Assembly: GCA_000934665.2 (NCBI GenBank)
Contig: KZ538629.1
Coordinates: 1 to 57,438, forward strand
Origin: Catajapyx aquilonaris
Taxonomy: Eukaryota
DNA length: 57,438 bases
Direction of reading: 5' to 3'
The position numbers and the translations under genes were made by a program. Under the pieces are notes generated by a model that searched no databases, was not told the DNA's origin, and saw only the letters and a program-made list of their open reading frames with translations. This document shows positions 43,307-55,720 of the stretch, in pieces (the stretch's first letter is position 1; the number at the start of each line of letters is the position of its first letter).

Positions 43307-44043
43307 CCTGCGTCCTGTTCAAGTTCCAATTTATGCAATATGTAAACAGAGTCAAGGGTATAGCATATAATATTGCACGCCACATGCTGCACTGAGAAGG
43401 AGATGTAATGCAATCTGAACCTGGAATATGGATGGTTTTCCAGTATAATAATTCCCAAGACACGTGCGTAAACAGTGTGTGCCTTTGTACAGCATGACTT
43501 AATAATAACTTATATGTATGTTATCGAATTAATTTCACCGTAGATTGAGAGGACAAAATGTGTGAAACCTGATAGTCTGCTGATTGAAGTAAAAGCGGCC
43601 ATCTTTTCCTTCTACTCTGGCGAAGGAAACGCATTGGCTAACTAATTAACATGCGTCTGACCATTGAAGTTGTCAGGTAGCGTGGTAGCAAAAGTGGAGT
43701 GCATCATATAAGAAATGCGAGTAAATTTTACACTGGATGGATATTAAGAATGAACAGGCATGTCACCATTTTTCAATATAAATAATTAATGCCCTTCAAT
43801 ATGAAGGTGGGTCAGCCTTTGGAAAACGATAGCTCGCATCATGCTGCCCTATGTAAAAGCTTAGAGCTTTGATGAGATTATTTTATAACAAAAGACATAT
43901 TCTTAACTGGATACATTTCCATTCCGTGGTTTCATGATAATCTTTGCATTGTAATTAGCCAGTTTATCACCCAGGGGCATACTTCGAGCCACTTTTAGCA
44001 GAGTGGGCTATATAGACAGTGTCGGTGTCTCTGTGCTTGGGTG

Positions 44044-45345
44044 ATGGAAAGAGTGGTTCTTTTCTTATTAATTGCAGCAATCTGTATCGTGTCAGAGAAT
44101 GAAGCAGACCAAGATGAAACATACCGTAATTTATTATTTTATGGAGTACATTTTTGCCTATAGATTTCTCATTACATTTTGCCTTAGATTTCAAACAGCT
44201 TGTTACATTCTGTGGGGACGCTATAAATCCACTTTGGAAAAAAAGTGGAGCCATTGTAGGAGGGACTGAGGCACATCCCAACGCCTGGCCTTGGATGGTA
44301 AGTTCACCTTTAAACTGACATGAAACGATTGACATGAGGCATATGTCTGACAGGCTGCAATAGGAAACTCTCAGTACGGATCCAGCTTCTTCTGGGTCTG
44401 TGGTGGGTCCCTGATTCACAAGCGCTACGTCTTAACTGCTGCTCACTGCTGCCCAGAGTAAGTATTCCAATCTGTATACATCACAACTCTCTAATATTAA
44501 GTTGTGCAGATAACTTATACGGAAAAATGGCAGAAGTGTTGCTGATAATATATGTATAATCTGTTATACATTTCAGATTTTCGAGATGGAAAGAAGTCCA
44601 CGTGCTTCTTGGACAACACAATATGATTAAAAATACGGATGGGGCCGTTGTAACAGTCGTGGATAAACGTTTTTGTCACGAAAAATACAACCTCCGTGGT
44701 AACTCCGAGAATGACGTCGCTCTGCTCAGATTAAGAGAAGACGTCTACTTCAGCGACACCATTCGTCCAATTTGTTTGCCTCCTCCTGAGAAAGATTGCC
44801 CAGACGCCGGCCAATATTTTGATGGGAAGACGCTGACTGTAATAGGATGGGGACAAACGTCCGAAGGTACTTGTTTGCCAACCCATTTGAAATATCATTG
44901 AGCCAATTTGTGAATTATAGGAGGCTACGAAAGTGACGTACTACGAGAGGTTGACTTGTATGGCATCAACATAGAAGAATGTAGACGAGCCCATCCGTAT
45001 ATGATTCGCGACAACAGGCTTTGCGCAGGAGTCAGAGGTGGTGGAAAAGACGCTTGCCAGGTATAGGTATCACAAACCAATCAATTCTGTATCACTCATT
45101 TGCTGTGGAAAATAATGCCTCTAATCTGGGAAGAGAGATGCAAACAATATAGTTGACTAATAATCTTGTTTCAGGGTGACTCAGGAGGACCTTTGATGTT
45201 CAAGTTTACAAGACCCTCAGGACCTATCTACGTTGTGGTTGGCATCGTTTCTGGTGGAGAAGGTTGCGCACGGCCTGATAAATACGGGATTTTCACTCGG
45301 GTCTCTGATTATATGCCTTGGATTTTGGAAAAAATTGAAGAATAG
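44044..45345 (+). CDS. SP11: CLIP-less trypsin-like serine protease (HCC subfamily, type B)
   Basis: [34 protein letters not shown]^IVGG; TAAHCCP; RFCHE; NDVAL; KDACQ-GDSGGP; stop 45343-45345. Confidence 0.95.
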
Positions 45346-45626
45346 CTTGCGTTCTATTCAAGGTCCCAATATATTAAATTTTTGAACTCACCGGTCAGTA
45401 TGCATAATACCGTCCAATCCCAGGTTTTACATATGTGCTGTATGAGAGCAATATTGCTAATACCCAAGGAAACATGCGTTACAAAGTATGTGTGTGTTCC
45501 CATTTGTGCAGAGAAAGCATGGGATTTCCACTGAACATTTTCTTGCCATGATGGACTGTAAAAATGCCTGATTTGAATGTTGTGGAGATAATTTAATATC
45601 AACAGTCCTCTTATCAACTGCCAAAA

Positions 45627-45878
45627 ATGGGTATACCATTCTACTGGATGGGCGCGTATGACCTGGGTCACGAAGGTGAATGGCACTATGCCTTGAGTGG
45701 TCTTAAGCTGGGAAAATTCAACGATTGGGGCGATGATGAGCCCAACAATGACCACGGAATCGAAAACTGTCTCACCATGTCCCTGAAGAAGGACGGGGAC
45801 ACCAAATGGGATGACCGCCCATGCGACACTCGGTACAGCTACGTTTGCACAAAGCTCGATTGCCCATCATGTAAATAA
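45627..45878 (+). pseudogene. C-type lectin domain, C-terminal half only (EPN motif), apparently 5'-truncated
   Basis: YWMGAYDLGHEGEW...NDWGDDEPNN...ENCL...WDDRPC...YVC, stop, AATAAA near 45892. Sequence upstream of about 45640 is homologous to the protease 5' flank, and no N-terminal lectin exons were seen. Confidence 0.8.
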
Positions 45879-46411
45879 TAATAAGGGACTGAATAAAATA
45901 TAGTGTGTGAGCAGCCAAATCTCGTTATGTCATCTTCGTCGCAGTGCACTACTTCTTGGGACACCTTCTTTCTCTTCCAGCAAGTGTCAATTACGCCCTC
46001 GCCTATAGCTTCTACGTAGATGGGATGCCACTTGGGACATATTAAAGGGAAGGCCTTATAATTAGTGGCAGAATAGTTATCCATTGGGGGGCTAATTTGC
46101 ATGAATCAGGCTCCTCAAGGACCCAAGTTGTGTCTCGACGCTTATAGGGACGCCCACTTGGCCCATTAGACCTCCTTGATTATTCCGAGACATCATATGG
46201 CGTGCTATATCTCTGGCCAGGATTTTCAGACAGTCACAAATGGTCGCCAGTTGTGCGTCTACTTGAATTATTGCTAACAGCACATTTAAAGCGGAGCAGG
46301 ACTCGTATTGGTATATAGCCAATATTCAGTCCAATTATTGTGAGATGCCAGCCAGCGCTGGTCATCATCACCACCTCATCAGGCTGCTGGGAAGGACCAA
46401 CCACCACAACA

Positions 46412-49400
46412 ATGGAGTCCTCGACCGTCGACGAGAAGAAGCAGCCGATGCCGACGACCAACGACGACGACAGTGGTTCGGGTCTCTTCGACGAGCTCCT
46501 GGAGAAGATAGGCAACAGAGGCAAGTTCCAGAAGATTCTCAACTATGGGTTCTCCATGCCCCTGTTCGTGGTCATGCCACTGGCGGTCATGACCATGATG
46601 TTTCTGGTGGCCATACCTGACCACTGGTGCCACGTGCCGCATCCGGAGGACACCAATCTGACTCTCGAGGAGTGGAAGGAGATCACATTGCCCAGGTACG
46701 CAAATGATGTTGATGCTGATGTATGATAACCAATCACTACTGCTGATATAGGGATGATGGTTGCATAGGATCAGGATACCCAATACTTACAGATGATATC
46801 ATGGAAAGAGAAGAATTATTGTCACAAATATTTGCACCTCAAGCCATACATATAGTAAATGTAATGTAGAAGTGACCCAATATTCTCTTAATTTCCCTGC
46901 AAATTACAGGGATTATTTTTTATCCCTGTGAGCTATATAGCCTACTGAATACAGATTTTACTACCTCTTCATGGATCTGTAATTTTATGGTAGCCGATTT
47001 TGGAAGAGCTGACATGTATATACAGTTGGAATTTAAAGTACAGTAAAATGAATCTGACATTTACAGGGAAATCGGAAACACAGGCGAAGAGCGTTACAGC
47101 CACTGCAGAATGTACAGTGTGAATGCGAGTGATCCGGAGGACCTTGAGGAGCTGAAAAGCAGCAGAAAAAACGGAACTCAAGCGGAACGAAACATTACAG
47201 GTACGAGCTGAAAAAATAGTGACATAACCACAGGAATTGCCCAAAAATGGTTTGTGTACAGAGTGCAAGTACGGCTGGGACTACGATGACACCTGGTACA
47301 GCCGAACCGCATCGTCTCAACAGGACTGGGTGTGCGATCAGGACTACATTGGATCAACAATACTCTCGACGGCTGAAGCTGCCAACGTGATCGGATCCCT
47401 CATATTCGGGCATTTAGCAGACAGGTATAGTACATTGCGTAATGTATTTCGTGACGAAACGGATTTGTTTCGTCGGTTTGGAATTTCTCTCTCAGCGCAC
47501 GAGATTGCGTGTGATTCGTGATTTTCAGGTTCGGTAGGAAGATGATCTTTTTCGTGACGCTTGGATTCCGATGCGGGTTTCGTCTGCTCAGTCTGGCAGT
47601 GGTCAGCTCTGTACCTGCGTTCATAGTCTTCAACTTCATATCCGCCTCCTCCATGGACTTAATCTTTCATGCACCGTACACACTATGTGAGTCCTGTGAT
47701 TATGAAAATACATGCATGTCACTGAATACTTTAGCCCCAAACATCATACAGAGTGTTTATTTTATTTTTTTGTTTTTTTGCTTCTCCGTGCTTAGGGGGG
47801 AAAGGACACAACCATATTTTCTGTATTAATTTCATTTTTCTTCGAACTCCGGTGCAGGGAATCAAGGACGTTGTGTTTAAGGATAGGAATTTTTGTGGAG
47901 GGAGCATGGGTGCAAGTGCAAGGTCTGGAAAGGGCCATGTGGTGTTCCCCAGGAGGTTAGGTTGCCAGACCCTTCCAAGGTGCGGGTCAGAGACCCTCCC
48001 GACGCAGGTAAAAAGGAACTCCCAGGCGGGAATAGAACCTGTGACCTTTCATTCAGCTAGCCGACACGTTACCATCTCGGCCACCGCACCTCCCATCATC
48101 GTACAGAGTATGACTGATTGTTCTCCAGGTTTAGAGTACTCTCCGCCTGAAGACAGAGCATGGGTGAACACCACGGTGTGTGCAGCCTGGGTGTTCGGTA
48201 TGTGCTTCTTGTCTGTCGTGGTATGGCTTGGAAGAGACTGGATAGTCATTACAATACTGGCCACAGTTCCCCTCTGCTTATTCTTCGGGTTTTGCAAGTA
48301 TGGATTCAAGCTATGAATGAAGTCCTACGTACTAAAAAAGTGTTTCCTATATAGGTTTATACCTGAATCGGCCAGATGGCTTGTGTCTCGAGGACGTTTG
48401 GAGGAAGCTGGAGACATTCTGAAGCGAATCGCCGATACTAATGGCCGTACGTTGCCTCCAGACTACAAGGAAGTGTTGCAGAAACTGCATGAAAATCACC
48501 AAGCATCGCAGAAACTCGGGATTGTCAACTATCTGAAGAAACCTCGATTGGTATTGGTTGCCATGGCTGTGTCCTTCTGCTGGTAAGGACAAAGGATAAA
48601 TCGGAACAGTGTCACAAAATGAATGTATACACTACATTGTATCCGCAGGACAGTGATTATGATGGGCTACTGTGTGCTTCATTTAGGATTTGCAATAATG
48701 TCCGGCAACCCTTTCCTGAATCACTTCTTGCTGTCCATTATCGAGTTGCCATCGTGCCTTTTGGGACAGTGGTTGGCGGACAGATTGGGACGACGTTGGA
48801 GCCAATCACTGTTCCTGTTCTTGGAAGGAATCTGCTGTTGCATCATCCTCGGCATCGTGAGAAGTAGGATCAGTGTAATAATTATTGTTACGTCACTTTC
48901 ATCTTGTCAACTTGTCCAAGCAGATCAAGATCTTCATTGGCTGACGGCCACTCTGAGCGTATTGGCCAAGTTCTGCGTCACCCTGTCCTTTTACGTCATC
49001 TACCTGCAAGCCGTCGAGCTCTACCCAACAGCTCTACGATCTACGATCATGTCCATGGGAGCCATCGTAGCACACTCGTTCTCAACACTTGGGCCATACA
49101 TCGTATACCTGGTACACTTTGTCACGGGATGACCAAACACCTGAAAGTGACCACTTTGAATCTTTCAGGCCAACAAAGACATCGGTTTGCCATACGCGAT
49201 CCTGGCCACTTTGGCCATCGTGGGAGGCACCGTGGCGTCGTTTCTTCCAGAGACGTTGAACAGGGTTCTTCCGGAGACTCTGGAGGACGCTTGCAAGATA
49301 GGCGTGGGTCAGAAGTACTTCAGCTTGCCAGAGAGACGTCGACCCAGAAAGAGGGAGAATCCGAAGAAGAACAAGAAAGAAGGGCTGGAAATTCCAAATG

Positions 49401-49447
49401 ACGTGGAGCATTCCAAAAGCAATGACGTTTCGCAAAACCACACGTGA
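46412..49447 (+). CDS. SLC22-family organic cation transporter (MFS)
   Basis: FDELLEKIGNRGKFQ, PDHWCHVP, C-x-YGWDYD, DWVCD, GHLADRFGRK, IPESARWL, GNPFLN, LADRLGRR, AVELYPTALRS, FLPET; about 8 exons; stop 49447. Confidence 0.95.
47755..48096 (-). mobile_element. full-length tRNA-derived SINE in an SLC22 intron
   Basis: Minus-strand head GGTGGCCGAGATGGT (A box) ... GGTTCTATTCCC (B box), GC-rich body, A-rich tail at 47756-47779, flanked by 13-bp TSD CATCATACAGAGT (47742-47754) / CATCGTACAGAGT (48097-48109). Confidence 0.85.
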
Positions 49448-49579
49448 TTTTTGCATATTTTCCTGCTGTATGTGTGAAAATTTCCCTTTTCCACCCCCTC
49501 TGCGTAGTTCATAATGCACAATTATTAACCAAGGACAGCATAAGGTTGACCCATATTTGCCTTAATAGACAGTCATAAT

Positions 49580-49690
49580 ACGGGTAATAAATTATTACAC
49601 AGAATACAGTTTGATGTTGTGCTACTTACACGATGTCTCAGGTTTCAAGCAATTTTATCCAAACTGTGGGGAGACACGGTATACCTACGT
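49580..49690 (+). pseudogene. relic of a type-A HCC protease (intron 1 plus start of exon 2)
   Basis: GGGTAAT...AGAATACAGTTTG...TGTCTCAG|GTTTCAAGCAATTTTATCCAAACTGTGGG (FKQFYPNCG) matches SP10 41906-41995 (FKQFSSKCG); no IVGG or later exons follow. Confidence 0.75.
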
Positions 49691-50473
49691 GTATCCGAGG
49701 ATGTACAGTACCTGTACAGTATACTGTATATGTAGACTATATGTTACATGATTAATAAATTTATACTAGGCCTCCTTCTTGTAACAGTTTGGGAAATGAC
49801 GCATCATAGCAAGAATTGTAAAAATAATCAGCAAAAACATATGGGGAAACGTACACAACGTTATACTTTATGCGTACTTGCACTGTATTCCCATTTGTGC
49901 GGAGAATGTACGCGATTTCCGCGGAACTTTTGCGACCTCGTGACATATAGGCCTACAATGTCTCCATGTTGTGAAGATAAATAATACCGAAACCTCTATT
50001 ATCAACTGGCAGAAATGTACACGCCATTCCCTAGTAATCTCCTCGTTGTTGTTTATCAGTATTCATGTATTCGTGGGGTCATATCTTGTTGGAATATGAA
50101 CCCATGTGTCCATAATTATTCTTCGCGAGAGCAGTGCATGTCATACCTAAAGGACTGTTATGATACACATTTTTACATCCATGACAACCTCTCACAATTT
50201 TTCCATCAAAACATGCTGTCCAAACCTGTATGCCATGTTCGTTGGGGGTTCCACGCAATCAGGAATAATGAAGAGTTCACGATAATTTGATATCCAAGGC
50301 CCTATTGTCAACTTCCAAAAACGGACAAACCCATGCCCTATAGTGATACCCTCCTCATTGTTGTCTATCAGTTTATCATTCCGGGGATTCTTCAAGCCCA
50401 CTGCACAATTATTCGCGAGTGAGTGCTGGTGGTGTTAAGAGGAAGACGATACGGTCTAACCTGTGCTGTGGTG

Positions 50474-51934
50474 ATGGAAAAAGCATACCTTTTCATACTA
50501 ATAACAGCAATCTGCTTAGCGTCTAATCTTGCAGCAGGCAGAAAAAAGAATGGAGGTAATTATTCCATAGAGTACAGTTTGTCAGACTCATTACAGTCAT
50601 GATGTCATAGTTTTCAAGCAACTCTTTCCGAAATGTGGGGACACTCGTCTCTTGGATGCACCCAAGGATGTGCCTGGTAAAAGGAGTGGCGCAATTGTAG
50701 GCGGACACGAATCAGAGCTGAACGCTTGGCCGTGGATGGTAAGGACACGTTTTTGACACGATAGGATTGACCGATGAGATATGATTGTGATTGGAAATTT
50801 CAGACTGCTTTGGGATTCAGACTCAGAGTGGACAATCGTTTTCAACTGGTGTGTGGTGGGGCCCTGATCCACAAGCGATACATCTTGACTGCTGCTCATT
50901 GCTGCCCACAGTACGTATTGTGTTCCAACAGAAGGTGAAGCTATAATGGCAACAACAATAATTGCGTTGTTAAAATATTCACCTCACATTCAAAAGAATC
51001 TTTGTGCAAACAACCAGAAAAATTCATTCATGTTGATAAGGAACTAACTGATTTCATTCACAACAGGAGAATTGAAATTGTTCGTCTTGGGCATCACGAC
51101 CTGACCAAAGAGGCGGATGGCGTCATTGACGCAAAAGTGGACAAATTGATTTGTCATGAACAGTTCAAAATCGAGACGTACCAGGACGATGTCGCTCTTG
51201 CCAAGCTAACAAAGGACATCGAATTCAGTGACGTAATTCGTCCAATATGCTTGCCACCACCTGGCAGAAAGTGCTTCCAAAATTTTGATGGGAAGGATCT
51301 GACTGTTACCGGATGGGGAAAAACATCCGAAGGTATTCGCAATTGATATCCACTGACGTTGATTGCGTTAATTTTAGTTAACATTGAGTCAATTTGCGAA
51401 TCAGGTGGAGCACAGAGTGACGTACTGCAAGAGGTTGACGTGTATGGCATCAGCTTAGAAGAATGTAAACAAGCCTATCCGACAGTTATTAACAACAAAA
51501 GACTTTGTGCAGGATTTCGAGGTGGTGGGAAAGACGCTTGCCAGGTATGTATCAGCTAATGTCTCAATAAGTCTAACATAATTATAGCTCACCATTTATT
51601 GTAATATTATAACATTTCCATCCATTCAAAAATACAAGATGTACCGCAACAGTTTCTATAGCAGGGCATAAAATTAAGATTGTGAAGTCACTCTGCTTTG
51701 GTGCTTCAATGTCGATATCCATTACATGAAAGTTGGATAATAATCTAGATAATCTGTTTTCAGGGTGACTCAGGAGGACCTTTGATGTACAAGGCGACAA
51801 GACCCTCTGGACCTGTCTACGTTGTGGTTGGGATTGTTTCTGCTGGAAAAGGTTGCGCACGGCCTGGATATTACGGGATTTACACTCGCTTGACTGAATA
51901 TGTTCCGTGGATTCTGGAAAACATAGCAGCATAG
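50474..51934 (+). CDS. SP12: CLIP-less trypsin-like serine protease (HCC subfamily, type A)
   Basis: [35 protein letters not shown]^IVGG; TAAHCCP; LICHE; DDVAL; KDACQ-GDSGGP; stop 51932-51934. Confidence 0.95.
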
Positions 51935-52187
51935 CTTGCATTTTATTCCAGGTCCCAATTTATGCAATAATGATAAATATGAAAGCAAAAAAATGTTCTT
52001 CCATAAATTAATATCTTGGTGTTGAGTTCTACAGCAATCAATTGTATACAAATTCCATCCGCTTCATCCTGAACAATAATGTAGTGTAATTTGTAACATG
52101 AAGCTTTTCGGTGGAAAATATCAGTCTTTATAGTGAGTTACATGATTCCTATCAAGGTTGGATAATTATTTGAAAGATTTTTTACAG

Positions 52188-52310
52188 GGTAACTCGGGAG
52201 GACCTTAAAGTGACAAGACAATCAGGAGATGCCTTACGTTGTGGTTATTGGGATAGTTTCTTTTGGAATATAGGTTGCGCACGGCCTCATTATTATGGGG
52301 TTTACACTCT
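52188..52310 (+). pseudogene. decayed duplicate of the terminal protease exon
   Basis: Acceptor then GNSGGP followed by TAA and frameshifts; GGGATAGTTTCT...GGTTGCGCACGGCCT...TTTACACTC matches the last exon of SP10-SP13; upstream GTTGGATAAT copies the SP12 last intron. Confidence 0.85.
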
Positions 52311-52954
52311 GTATAGTTTCGAACCTGACAAGTGAGCAAGACTAAATTATCTACGTGTTAAATTGTTATTTCCTGTGACTTTTAAATGCATTAAATAAAC
52401 AATTTCAAATTATCTGGGTGTATGAAAAAAATGACTAAAGATAGGCACATTACAAGTTTTGAAATTTTGTTCGAAAGGTTGCACTGAAGGAGAGCTTGCA
52501 ATAAACCATATCATGCAGAAAATTACGCCAATTTCTCCTAACCACGTATTAAATATTTCAGCTCATACTGACATTTGACAATACCTGCAACATCACCTGT
52601 TGACATATTTTCGTGTAATTTCAATACGCATTACTACACTCTGTCTGAACCAAAGAAAAGGGCACATATAGTTGCATGAAATTATTTATACTGTATTTTG
52701 ACCACATTGTATGCTAGTCGCATTGTAACGTCACCTCGTCACCAATATTGAAATATTAGAGCTTATCCGTATGGACGTGGCTTTTTTTGTTAAAAGATAG
52801 CTCCCTAGGCCTATGTCGTAAAATAGTCGTAAAATAGTTATGTTTCTTGGCGATTACTTATACAAGAAAGCATATTCTTAACTGACGAAAATACCCTGGG
52901 ACATTCTTCAAGCATTCCTGCGCCGGACAGTGTCTGCGATCCTGCTTTTTGGTG

Positions 52955-54402
52955 ATGGGGAAAATCCCTTTTTCAGTTTTAATAATTATAGCAATCCATC
53001 TCGTATCTGAGAATGAATCACGCCAACGAAATGAGAATCAGGGTAATTATTTTATGGGGTAGAGTTAATTTTTCTAATGAACTCATTACATTCGGCCTCA
53101 GATTTCAAACAGCTTGATTCAATCTGTGGGGTCCGGAAGAATCGATCTGAAAAAGAAAAAAGTGCTTCCATTGTGGGGGGAAATGAAGCAGGCCTCAATG
53201 CCTGGCCTTGGGCGGTAAGTAATACTGCATACACCTTTTCATTACGTACAACAACGAAGCGATTGTCATGAGGCATATCTTTGACAGGCCGCATTGGGAA
53301 GATATGAGGTCGGCGACACATTTACCCTGATATGTGGTGGAAACCTCATCAACAAACGCTACGTCTTGAGTGCTGCTCACTGCTGTCCAAGGTGAGTATT
53401 CCAAGTCAACCTGTACACCACATCGGATTACCTACAGTATAATCATATGAAAATATGGCAGAAGTGAAATATGGTTTATTGTTACAAAGCTTGGAGGCGA
53501 GCAAGGATTTCGTTCGTGTTCTTCTTGGACAACATAGCCTGAGCAGGAAGACGGATGATGCCATTGCATTACGGATGGAAGATTTGGTTTGCCATGAAAA
53601 GTTCAATGCTGATACGAATGATAATGATATCGCTATTGTCAGACTGGAAAAGGATGTCACATTCACTGATGCCATCCGTCCAATTTGCTTGCCTCCACCT
53701 GAAGAAGAGTTCTTACAGGGTTTTGATGAAAAGACTATGACTGTTGTAGGATGGGGAAGAATAACGGAAGGTATGTCCGTTTAATACTAATAATCACTGC
53801 CGTTTAGTCTATGAATTGTTACTAACGCTGAGCCTACTTGTGAATTAGAAGGCCCTGTGAGTGACGTACTACAAGAGGTTGATGTATATGGCTTCAACAT
53901 AAAAGTATGTGTAGACGCCTATCAGTATCTCGTTGTTATTACAGACAACAGGATTTGCGCAGGAGTCAGAGGTGGTGGAAAAGACGCTTGCCAGGTTGGT
54001 ATAAGACCAAAGATTTTAGTAACCGGTAGGCTAGTAACACAAGTTATGTGACGAATGAGAAAGGATGGTTTTCCATCCACTCTCTGATGATTAGCGACTG
54101 TGTAGTCCAAAGTACAAAACCAATCATACATCCGTCGCACTTCTTTGCAGTGTAAAAAAGTATTGCCTCTCTCATCATATGCATGATGCTAATTAAAGTC
54201 GGGTAATATTATTTGTCATGTTTCTTTGCAGGGCGACTCAGGAGGACCACTGATGTACATGACAGAGAAATCATCCGGACCCGTCTTTTATCTAGTCGGA
54301 ATTGTTTCAGCTGGTTTTGGTTGCGCGCGACCTAATTTTTATGGCCTTTACACCCGCGTGACAGATCAAATTCAGTGGATTTTGAAAAACGTATCAGACT
54401 AG
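52955..54402 (+). CDS. SP13: CLIP-less trypsin-like serine protease (HCC subfamily, type B)
   Basis: MGKIPFSVLIIIAIHLVSENE; FKQLDSICG; KEKSAS^IVGG; SAAHCCP; LVCHE; NDIAI; KDACQ-GDSGGP; stop 54400-54402. Confidence 0.95.
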
Positions 54403-54792
54403 CTTGCATTTTATTCAACAATCAGATCAATTATTTTTTTTCTATGACAGATGATCCACATCAGTTTAACATACGAATGTGATCCTATAAACAAAATATT
54501 TATTATTCTCTATATATTTGGATCATACAACATTAAAAACGCCCTTGCATCTGTCCTAAATAATGATCTAGATCCGTATTTGAAATAATACACATAAACC
54601 GTATTTCACAGGCCGAAACTCTTATCGGAAATGGTAACATGCTTTGTTTAAGACAGTGCGACACTTGTGCTTAATAAAATAATAATTTAATAATGTTGGT
54701 TTGCTTTAATTGTGCACATCGTAGGTATTTCGTAAACGCTACTGTAATTTTCTTGCTCAAGGGGGTAATCACTCGACTGAAAAGTGTACACC

Positions 54793-54918
54793 GGAGTACC
54801 AAATTCAAGGAGTACCAAGGAGTACCGAGGAGTACCAAAGAGTACCTGAGAGTACCGAGGAGTACCAAAGAGTACCGAGGAGTACCAAAGAGTACCTGGG
54901 AGTACCTGGGAGTACCAA
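54793..54918. repeat. 10-bp minisatellite (GAGTACC-nnn)
   Basis: About 11-12 copies of AGTACC plus AAAG/GAGG/TGGG/AAGG at 10-bp period. Confidence 0.9.
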
Positions 54919-54924
54919 ACCTAG

Positions 54925-55720
54925 CAGTGGCGTAGGAAGGGGGGAGGTTGGGGGGGGGNNNNNNNNNNNNNNNNNNNNNNNNNNNNNNNNNNNNNNNNNN
55001 NNNNNNNNNNNNNNNNNNNNNNNNNNNNNNNNNNNNNNNNNNNNNNNNNNNNNNNNNNNNNNNNNNNNNNNNNNNNNNNNNNNNNNNNNNNNNNNNGGGG
55101 GGGGGGAGGGCGGCGTTCATTACGATACATAAGGTGTATACTGTGCATGTCAACCGGACGGTGGGCCGTGCGGCCGTTGGTCATTGTGTGGGTTCCGGAA
55201 TATATTCCGGAAGCCACACCACATGTCCCGAAGTCGGACGGTCGCGTGGTCGGACGGTCCGAGTCGTGGTTTGTAATAGGCAAAAGTACTGACTTGACCT
55301 TTTGGCCCGGACATTACCAAATGAGACGACAAGAAAAATACAAAGCGACACTGCAAAAGTGCATTATTGTAGTAGGCTACCAGGATCAGCGGCGTAGGGA
55401 GGGGGAGGGGGTTGGGGGAAGTTGTAACCCTCCCCGCCCTGGACCCAAAAAAATATAGTTCAAAATAATCAGCTATTTTAAGGTATAAAACCGCACCTTC
55501 GCAAATATTGTATGTGGTGGATGATGTAAGTCATATATTCCAAATGGAAAATATAACTGTAACGTGACAAGACATCCCGAATTTTCCGGGGCAGTCCCGA
55601 ATTTTCATCCTTTGTCCCTGATTTTTTCAAGTGTTATTCGTGACGCCCATTTGTCTCGGATTCGACCAAACTGTCACAGTTAGGGCTAGTGTTGTAAAGG
55701 CCAGGGAAACCCCGATTTTT
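54925..55720. mobile_element. cluster of hAT-like non-autonomous DNA transposon fragments
   Basis: CAGTGGCGTAGG (54925) and CAGCGGCGTAGG (about 55387) ends, each followed by G-rich tracts; repeated TCCCGAATTTT/TGTCCC motifs at 55575-55620. Family assignment is by resemblance only. Confidence 0.4.
54959..55096. other. assembly gap (138 N) flanked by poly-G
   Basis: Run of N between G homopolymers. Confidence 0.99.

Noticed and set aside
48020..48090. Functional tRNA gene
   Set aside because: Cloverleaf is defective and it is the head of a TSD-flanked SINE; the tRNA-like units at 70-345 likewise lack pairing stems.
47753..48316. 187-aa ORF as an independent gene
   Set aside because: It is read-through of the antisense SINE into an SLC22 exon.
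54793..54918. Regular repeat resembling a CRISPR array
   Set aside because: 10-bp head-to-tail units with no unique spacers, in a eukaryotic context with no cas genes.
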